The notes under the pieces: model-generated
The model's input: the letters and a program-made list of their open reading frames with translations, nothing else
Told to the model about the DNA's origin: nothing
Databases searched by the model: none
Shown: positions 17,809 to 24,000 of the stretch, in pieces
How positions within the stretch are numbered: position 1 is the stretch's first letter
Layout of the letters: every line of letters begins with the position of its first letter
Source of the DNA: Treponema sp.
GTDB taxonomy: Bacteria > Spirochaetota > Spirochaetia > Treponematales > Breznakiellaceae
Length of the DNA: 24,000 nt
Assembly (NCBI GenBank): GCA_031256035.1
Contig: JAIRRJ010000038.1
Location: forward strand, 13,059-37,058
Direction of reading: 5' to 3'
Position numbers and translations under genes: made by a program

Positions 17809-18213
17809 CTAGGTTTGAGGTATTTTATGTCCGTGATCTCTCTTTATGAAATGCAGCCTGCCGTTAAATAAAGACGGTAATACATTCTCCGTGTATATTT
17901 CAAGTTCTACTTTTTTGTTAATGCGTTCAATTTCCTTTGTATTTTCATTTTGTTTGACAGTGTACTCAATTACCACTTTTTTCCCGTCCACCGTGTATGA
18001 TCCCATGTAGGCATCCCAGTGCCTGTTTCCCCTGTTGATATTGGCGACATATTCCTGAAACAAAACCTTCCCATGGTCGTCAAACTCATAAATCTGATCC
18101 CCAGCCTCATCAATCCATAAACCAAGTATAATATGTCCTGCTCTGTCCACATTCTGGCTGTATCCGACAACCCCTATTACCAAAAAAAGAATAACTACCG
18201 CTAACTTCTTCAT
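17809..18213 (-). CDS. Small secreted hypothetical protein
   Basis: A 134-aa ORF with a signal peptide (MKKLAVVILFLVIGVVGYS). I recognise no family. Confidence 0.5.
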   Translation of the reverse strand: MKKLAVVILFLVIGVVGYSQNVDRAGHIILGLWIDEAGDQIYEFDDHGKVLFQEYVANINRGNRHWDAYMGSYTVDGKKVVIEYTVKQNENTKEIERINKKVELEIYTENVLPSLFNGRLHFIKRDHGHKIPQT

Positions 18214-18368
18214 AAAAACTCCCTAATAAAAGTGTTTTTGCCTTTCTTATTGACCGGCTTGGAGCTATTATATCACCTTTGGCGGGAGATGTCAATTTTA
18301 AAGAAACCGCTCTTCGCCAGTATTATCTTAACAGTTCCTTTTATGGTATATTTGGGTTAGATTTTACC

Positions 18369-19652
18369 ATGCTAAAAAACATTACAGCCAGTGTCAAAAA
18401 CTTTGCCAGCGCTAACCCGACCGCTATGCGTTATGCAATGGACGGTTTTTTGGCGGCTGCGGCGATTAATATCGTGATCAACAACAACGGTCTCTATGCA
18501 ATACGCCTCGGCGCGGGGGATTATCAGCTCAGCCTCCTTCAATTAATGCCGCAGGCTCTCAATCTGCTTATACTGATTCCCGGGGGGCTGCTTGCCGGGA
18601 GTCTGTTTAACAAACGCCGGATGATAACAGGCTCTCTTGTTGCGGGTGCAGTTTGCTGTCTGTTTTGCGCTTTTTCTCCGTTTGTCCCCGTACACTCAAT
18701 TTATTTTTTCCTTGTTTTTCTCTCGCTGGTAATGGGAGCTATAGCATGGTACAACATTTCATGGCAGTCGTACTTTCCTGATGTCATTGACACAGATTCC
18801 CGTAACCGTGTTCTGACGCTGCGTATGCGAACGGACGTTTTTGTCGGTATGCTGATACCCCTTTTGGTCGGCTCAGTGCTGGCGCGCATCGGGACAAACG
18901 GCGGAAAAATAGCGGCGCATCAGGGATTTTATGCCGGCTCGGCATTGCTGCTGCTTATGACCGCGCTTAATTATCGCCGCATTGAAGCAGTGCGTCAGGC
19001 TGTGCCGAAGCGCATTTCATTCGCTGAAATTAAAAAAGCAGGGCAGAGCCTTTTGCGCAATAAACCGTTTAAGCTGTTTGCCGGGGCTGCCATTTTTTTC
19101 TACATGACATGGCACATGGACTGGACATTGTACTTTATCGGTCAGGTGAGTTATCTGCACATGAATGAGTTTCAGATTGGGCTTGTAATGACGGGATCAA
19201 CAGTAATGCAATTTTTGACGCTGCGGTTTTGGAGCCGCAGAAATGAAAAACATGGCGTTGTATTGCCTCTTACCTTCGGCATTCTGGGTTTAAGCCTCTG
19301 CCCTGTTTCAATGATAATCGCAACCAGTATGCCCGCCGCCATTGGACCCGGCGCATTCATAATATTCCACACAGTGGTACACATGGCCTTTGTAACCGTC
19401 ATACTCAACATGTACCAATGCCTTTTACTGGTTGTTGATGAAGAATACCGCAGTTTCTCCATATCGGTTTTTGCTTCACTCGTCTGCGTGTCAAACGCGG
19501 TAATGCCGGTGGCGGGTGTGGCATTGTACCGTGCGCTTGGCGGAGACTTAAACGGGCTTCGCCTTACATTTTTGATTGTGTTCTCTCTGCGTATTGTTGC
19601 CGCCGGTTTATGGCTGCTGCGCTGGCGTGTTTCAAAACATACATCTTGCTAA
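18369..19652 (+). CDS. MFS-type transporter
   Basis: The protein has about 12 hydrophobic segments and a typical MFS size. I chose the ATG at 18369 (MLKNITASV...) over the longest ORF at 18279. Confidence 0.7.
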   Translation: MLKNITASVKNFASANPTAMRYAMDGFLAAAAINIVINNNGLYAIRLGAGDYQLSLLQLMPQALNLLILIPGGLLAGSLFNKRRMITGSLVAGAVCCLFCAFSPFVPVHSIYFFLVFLSLVMGAIAWYNISWQSYFPDVIDTDSRNRVLTLRMRTDVFVGMLIPLLVGSVLARIGTNGGKIAAHQGFYAGSALLLLMTALNYRRIEAVRQAVPKRISFAEIKKAGQSLLRNKPFKLFAGAAIFFYMTWHMDWTLYFIGQVSYLHMNEFQIGLVMTGSTVMQFLTLRFWSRRNEKHGVVLPLTFGILGLSLCPVSMIIATSMPAAIGPGAFIIFHTVVHMAFVTVILNMYQCLLLVVDEEYRSFSISVFASLVCVSNAVMPVAGVALYRALGGDLNGLRLTFLIVFSLRIVAAGLWLLRWRVSKHTSC

Positions 19653-19685
19653 TAACATGAATTTTGTATATCTTTAACATATTAT

Positions 19686-21404
19686 ATGGCTGACATTTTT
19701 CATGGCGATGGTTCTCTAAATCAGCTTGTCTCCAAGATGAGTTCACAGGAAAGACATGAGCTGCTGGAAAAGCTGAAAGTCCAGACAGTTTTTTCCGAGA
19801 CTCATTATGAAACCGCAGATGACAGGGTAAAATCCGTAATTCAGGATGAAGATTACGCGCAACTGCCGTTGTTTACCCGCTTTTTTCTTTTTCTGACAGG
19901 TCTCTTCAAAGGCAAGCCTGCCCCAAAAGTTTTTGAAGAAAAGAAATTTGACAAATTAGGCAAGAAAACACAGTCCGCCGCGCCCAAACTTTTCAATTAT
20001 GAAAAGAAGCTTCTACTCTACGGATTCTACAGCATGGCGGAAAAACTAAAAGAGGCTGCGCGCACTTTCTATGCGGCGCTTGATTCCAGCGTGAACAGGG
20101 ACAAGGGCAGTTTTTACGCCTTCCTGGGTTCTTTGGAAATGCCGGAATTTCACCTAAAGCTGGAAACCGTTGCGTCTCTGCAGATTATTCATGAAACGAA
20201 CCCAAATGGCAAAGAATCAGATATACATTCTACGCTCACAAGGAGTATGGATGATGTCTTCAAGAATATTTCTGAAACTCAAAAAAATAAAATGTACTTT
20301 AATGTGCGGACTCTCACCAGTCTGAAGGAACTTTCATCTTTTTCGTTTGATCATCTGCTGATGTCTTTTGGAACTGACCGCGGCGTCAAGACATGCCTTG
20401 TAAACAAGGTTAAGGCGATGCTGATTACCCTCAACAATGTTTTATTCTCACTCAAGGAACTTCCAAGCCTGTCCCTTATGCAGTCGCTTTTTGTTTTTAT
20501 GCTTCACGAAAAGAAAAGCGCGCCGGAAGGTTTTGACATGGATCGTGAAATACGGACTCTTCTTGCTTCTGCGGAAGAAGCCGTTGAGACGATCAAACAG
20601 TTTCACAAGAAAGTTCCCCTTACGCAGATTCTCCGCTGTGTCTGCCGGGACATGACCATTGAGCCTCGGCAAACCTCAGGTGGCGAGGACTGGTTTTTTG
20701 CCTACCGCGACCATTGGAAGCACCGGCTTGAGTCCGCGTTTTCGGATTTTATCCGGCAGCGCAAGCAGCGGGAAATATCCGAATTGTTTGATTATTTTTT
20801 CAAAGATGTCGGGCTGAAAGTTTTAGCTAACGCGGCCTCTGATGTCAATCCTAACGGTTTTCCTCTGCCCGAAGCTTTTGCCCTTGCTTTTCTGCAAACT
20901 TTCTATTCGGCGTTTTTTGTGAAAGCCGTTGAAACCCTGATACAGCCCATCCTGTTTGAGGGCGTATTTGTCAGGCATGAAAACCGGGACGAATTCACCG
21001 GCGCTTTCAGCGACTTTATGAGAATCGAAGAAGTCATCGGTGCAATGGACAGGAAAATCGCGCCTTACGGCGAATACGGAATGCACTATGAAGAGGCAAA
21101 AAGAGGCGATAAAAACATTCAGCCTGCCAGAATGAAGAAGATGCGTACTGTAGCCGAAGAAGCATCATGGGAGGCGAAAAGTATTATTACCCGTGCTATC
21201 ACTTCGTTGACTTCGATGGTCAATGTGTTTGGAGGCATTCTGCGAAAGAATTCAGGAGATAAATACGAAACCCTTTCCAATCTGGAAAAACTCGGCAGCA
21301 AAAAACCGGAAGCCTTTGTCGCCGGTCTTGCAGACACGCACGAAAAATTACAGAGGGTCTTGCAGGTATTGAAAGACCTTGAAGCCACCGGACACAGCCG
21401 TTAA
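19686..21404 (+). CDS. Large hypothetical protein (572 aa), mostly helical
   Basis: A long uninterrupted ORF with coding-like composition. I recognise no catalytic motif. It may belong to a spirochaete-restricted DUF, but I cannot confirm this. Confidence 0.6.
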   Translation: MADIFHGDGSLNQLVSKMSSQERHELLEKLKVQTVFSETHYETADDRVKSVIQDEDYAQLPLFTRFFLFLTGLFKGKPAPKVFEEKKFDKLGKKTQSAAPKLFNYEKKLLLYGFYSMAEKLKEAARTFYAALDSSVNRDKGSFYAFLGSLEMPEFHLKLETVASLQIIHETNPNGKESDIHSTLTRSMDDVFKNISETQKNKMYFNVRTLTSLKELSSFSFDHLLMSFGTDRGVKTCLVNKVKAMLITLNNVLFSLKELPSLSLMQSLFVFMLHEKKSAPEGFDMDREIRTLLASAEEAVETIKQFHKKVPLTQILRCVCRDMTIEPRQTSGGEDWFFAYRDHWKHRLESAFSDFIRQRKQREISELFDYFFKDVGLKVLANAASDVNPNGFPLPEAFALAFLQTFYSAFFVKAVETLIQPILFEGVFVRHENRDEFTGAFSDFMRIEEVIGAMDRKIAPYGEYGMHYEEAKRGDKNIQPARMKKMRTVAEEASWEAKSIITRAITSLTSMVNVFGGILRKNSGDKYETLSNLEKLGSKKPEAFVAGLADTHEKLQRVLQVLKDLEATGHSR

Positions 21405-21418
21405 AAAAGTGCAGGCGT

Positions 21419-21883
21419 TTATACCTCAAACAACAGCACTGTATGGCTCAAAGATTTCTTGAAAGATAAATCTCCCAATCTGTCTCTGTTCCAGATAAAT
21501 TCACAATCCAGCCTTCCTTCAAATATGGAGTGCATTCGCATCACCTCTTCATTGACCAATTCATGATGGTCTCTGAACCACACCGGGTCCATATCCTGCC
21601 CGCCGATTATTCTGATAAAATTATTTCTCAAAGAATCAGGGAACGTTTTTTTTGCGTTCAATACGCACCAAAGACGCATGTCAGGATTTTCGCCGGATAC
21701 CAAAAGTACGTTGCCTACAATTTGGACTGCCCTGCCCCAGCCGGCATCTTCCAGTTTTTGTTTAAAGAGTTTTTCAAATCGTTCATATCCGCACACGGGC
21801 ACTATCTTCTCCAAATCCCGTATGTACACGGCAAAGATTTTTAAGCCTATATTATAAGCGACTACAATAGCCCTGACTTCCAT
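21419..21883 (-). CDS. Hypothetical protein (154 aa)
   Basis: The ORF is convergent with the 572-aa gene (14-nt gap). I see no recognisable motifs. Confidence 0.45.
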   Translation of the reverse strand: MEVRAIVVAYNIGLKIFAVYIRDLEKIVPVCGYERFEKLFKQKLEDAGWGRAVQIVGNVLLVSGENPDMRLWCVLNAKKTFPDSLRNNFIRIIGGQDMDPVWFRDHHELVNEEVMRMHSIFEGRLDCEFIWNRDRLGDLSFKKSLSHTVLLFEV

Positions 21884-21983
21884 TAATTATAACCTTTACT
21901 TAGCATATACCGAGTTGACAAAAAAGTCATCCGTATTTTGTTAATCCTTGCCCCCGTCTGCCGGGTATGGTAAACTGTCTTGT

Positions 21984-23522
21984 ATGAAAAGGACAACGGT
22001 ATTGATAATGGGAATTTGCTTAACTGCTGCATGTTGCATATTGAACTGCAGCTCTGTTGCTGATGACAATTCCGTGCCAATAGAAAACCACTTCAATGTA
22101 ATCGGAACAAAAATTTACGCCCCTGACGGCAATGAGTTTTTAATCAAAGGCGTCAATGTAAACGGCCCCGGCTGGGTCTTCCCAAGGGACACTCTTCAGG
22201 ACATAACATTGATAACCGATGTATGGCAGTTCAATACAGTCAGAATCTGCGCCGCTATCGGCTGGAATTGGGCGTTAAACAACAATAAAGACCTTGATTC
22301 CATAATCAAAGCGTTCACTGAAAAAGGCGTTGTTTCCATACTTGAGGTGCATGATTACACAGGCATTTATCCGCCTGTCATTGCGAATGAACGATATGAA
22401 ATGAATGGTTCTTATGTGGTCAAACGTTTGCCTTCAAGGACCGAGTTAAAAAAATGGTGGGTGGACAAAGCCAACCGTTTCAAAAATAATCCGTATGTGT
22501 GGTTTAACATAATGAATGAGCCGGGTTCTGACAATACCAAAAAGTCAGCCGAACTTTGGTCGGAAATACACGGTGGTATAATCAAGGCTATACGCGATGC
22601 AGGCGCTCACAACATAATTGTACTGGATGACCACGGCTGGGGACAGGGAAGCGGTTATTACGGCGGGGCATCGTCCTATGACAGCGCAATTATCAGAATG
22701 GGTCCAGAGCTTAACAAAAAATATTATAATCTTGTTTATTCGTTACATACGTACGACGCATGGAGAGACGGACTGTCCAGATTCAATCAATACTTTAAGG
22801 ATGCGTACGGCAAGGGGTTATGTATAATACTCGGCGAGTTCGGCGCAGGCAAAGATAACCTGTCGCAATTAAACGCTGTTAAAAATATGTATGATTCAGC
22901 GATCCCGGAAAACATCGGCAGAATGTACTGGGCATGGGATGATGCAGGTTTGCAGCTTACCGAAGACGGCTGCGGATGGCAGATTGACAAGCAAAACGGT
23001 GAAAAGCCGGGTAATCTTACATGGGCGGGAGAAATGGTATGGCTTGACAACCGTGGACTGTTGACTTCTCCGGTACCTGATTACAATCTTGATTTGCCGC
23101 CTTTTACAAACTCCGATTTTGAGAACGGTTTCCCCGGCGGCTGGTCGGATTGGGGAGGGAGTTCAATACAGGATGGCGTATCATATAACGGCTCGAAGGC
23201 TCTGGTGATAAGCAAAGGCGCGCCGGGCGGCGGCGGTTTTTCGGTGGAATTAAAACCTTCTACCGCATATCAGTTCAGCGCATGGGGTAAAAACAGCGCG
23301 CAAACAAATTCTTCCACCGATGTGGGTATTAAGTACAGATCAAGTCCCAATGCTCAACAGGAACAGCATCATTTTGTTTCCTTTAAAGGAAGTACATGGG
23401 AACAAAAATCCGTCATGTTCACCACCCCCGCCGCAATTTACGGCGCTACGTTTTTTCTGTGGAAACCGGATGCCGGTGTCGCGTTTTACGTTGATGATTT
23501 GGAGCTTATTACAGCCCCCTGA
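21984..23522 (+). CDS. Secreted glycoside hydrolase family 5 (cellulase/mannanase-type) with a C-terminal carbohydrate-binding module
   Basis: The GH5 acid/base (WFNIMNEPG) and nucleophile (ILGEFGAG) regions are present. The C-terminal beta-sandwich resembles CBM4/9 (FENGF...GWSDWGG...AFYVDDLELI). The N-terminus is a signal or lipoprotein-like sequence, MKRTTVLIMGICLTAACCILNC, from the ATG at 21984. Confidence 0.82.
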   Translation: MKRTTVLIMGICLTAACCILNCSSVADDNSVPIENHFNVIGTKIYAPDGNEFLIKGVNVNGPGWVFPRDTLQDITLITDVWQFNTVRICAAIGWNWALNNNKDLDSIIKAFTEKGVVSILEVHDYTGIYPPVIANERYEMNGSYVVKRLPSRTELKKWWVDKANRFKNNPYVWFNIMNEPGSDNTKKSAELWSEIHGGIIKAIRDAGAHNIIVLDDHGWGQGSGYYGGASSYDSAIIRMGPELNKKYYNLVYSLHTYDAWRDGLSRFNQYFKDAYGKGLCIILGEFGAGKDNLSQLNAVKNMYDSAIPENIGRMYWAWDDAGLQLTEDGCGWQIDKQNGEKPGNLTWAGEMVWLDNRGLLTSPVPDYNLDLPPFTNSDFENGFPGGWSDWGGSSIQDGVSYNGSKALVISKGAPGGGGFSVELKPSTAYQFSAWGKNSAQTNSSTDVGIKYRSSPNAQQEQHHFVSFKGSTWEQKSVMFTTPAAIYGATFFLWKPDAGVAFYVDDLELITAP

Positions 23523-23624
23523 CACCAGTAATGGTAATGAAAAATGCGGCATACTGCCGCCTGCCCCGCTGGGCTTATTAGCCGGGAAACTGTCGTGAAG
23601 ACTGGCAGCAATTTATGCGGTACA

Positions 23625-23653
23625 TTGACATAAACCACAAAAATAGGTAGAGT
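23625..23653 (+). promoter_or_regulatory. Candidate sigma70 promoter giving a near-leaderless transcript of the 23660 ORF
   Basis: TTGACA (23625-23630), a 17-nt spacer, then TAGAGT (23648-23653). The ATG at 23660 lies about 7 nt downstream and no SD sequence is present. Confidence 0.35.
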
Positions 23654-23659
23654 ATTAAC

Positions 23660-24000
23660 ATGAGTATATCTTCAAAATCCATCGCTTCCCGCCCGGTAAT
23701 TGCCCTCTGCATAGGTCTGGCTCTGGGCATGATTTTCGGCTTTTTATTCCCTTTCCTCGTTTCCTCCCGTTCCGAACAAGTTGTTTCCCACGAGGAGTTA
23801 AGGGCTTTTTCCATGGTTGAAGAAGCCATGCGCGCCGCCTCCATGAACAAAACAGAAGACCCGGAGGCCTCTTATGTAACTCTTCCGGGGATACAGAAAT
23901 ACGACGGCCCCCGGCTGGCGGCATCCATGCCCATTGAAACAAAAGAGGCATGGATATCCTGGATGAAGAAAAACCGGAACGATGATCCGCTTTTTCTGGA
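23660..24000 (+). CDS. Membrane-anchored hypothetical protein; 5' partial, runs off the window and is missing from the supplied ORF track
   Basis: My own translation is open from ATG 23660 to the window end. It reads MSISSKSIASRPVIALCIGLALGMIFGFLFPFLVSSRSEQVVSHEELRAFSMVEEAMRAASMNKTEDPEASYVTLPGIQKYDGPRLAASMPIETKEAWISWMKKNRNDDPLFL, with one N-terminal TM segment. The overlapping minus-strand ORFs look like shadows. Confidence 0.5.
   Translation, partial: MSISSKSIASRPVIALCIGLALGMIFGFLFPFLVSSRSEQVVSHEELRAFSMVEEAMRAASMNKTEDPEASYVTLPGIQKYDGPRLAASMPIETKEAWISWMKKNRNDDPLFL

Noticed and set aside
18139-18150. Degenerate motif hits at 18139 (TGCTCTGTCCAC) and 22700-22711 (GGGTCCAGAGCT), plus indel-containing look-alikes at 7167-7177, 19040-19050 and 20466-20476
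   Set aside because: At two mismatches roughly two hits are expected by chance in 24 kb. These have no supporting context, so they were not counted.
23578-23951. Minus-strand ORFs 23578-23850 and 23655-23951
   Set aside because: They are Arg/Pro/Trp-rich shadow frames opposite a plus-strand ORF that has a clear start, a TM segment and a candidate promoter.

Overview
The segment looks spirochaetal. GroEL is Treponema-like and has no adjacent groES; this call rests on protein similarity only. Positions 1-3714 hold the tail of a minus-strand type I R-M island: hsdM plus nested RhuM-family and DUF1016/YhcG-like genes. The island abuts the 3' end of tRNA-Thr(CGU). Housekeeping genes follow: DUF1905, a galactokinase-family kinase, pgsA, NUDIX, a LysM/lipoprotein pair, a PC4/YdbC-like gene, a Gfo/Idh/MocA oxidoreductase, groEL, a solitary IS200-like Y1 (RAYT-type) transposase, a coiled-coil gene with murJ, and metY-cysK. 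The right part (17.8-24 kb) carries a small secreted protein, an MFS transporter, two unknown genes, a GH5+CBM glycosidase and a partial membrane protein. The main unexplained signal is the 12-mer GGGGACAGAGCT (invariant core GGACAGAGC). Between 4633 and 17761 I count 19 exact copies, 7 one-mismatch copies and 2 contextual degenerate copies, about one per 470 bp. About 0.003 exact copies are expected by chance. Both orientations are equally used. The motif sits in 8 of the 9 intergenic gaps longer than 40 bp, usually as direct or inverted pairs with consensus tTGGGGACAGAGCT followed by an A/T run. It also lies inside five CDSs in all six frames. One case is a motif-bounded 39-bp in-frame insertion in a cysK surface loop. 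The motif is absent from the R-M island and from 18.2-24 kb. I read it as an undescribed iterated-sequence system, comparable to DUS/USS, HIP1, or REP/RPE elements (the last possibly linked to the adjacent RAYT). The mechanism cannot be decided from this window. All coordinates and motif counts were read by eye, without tools.
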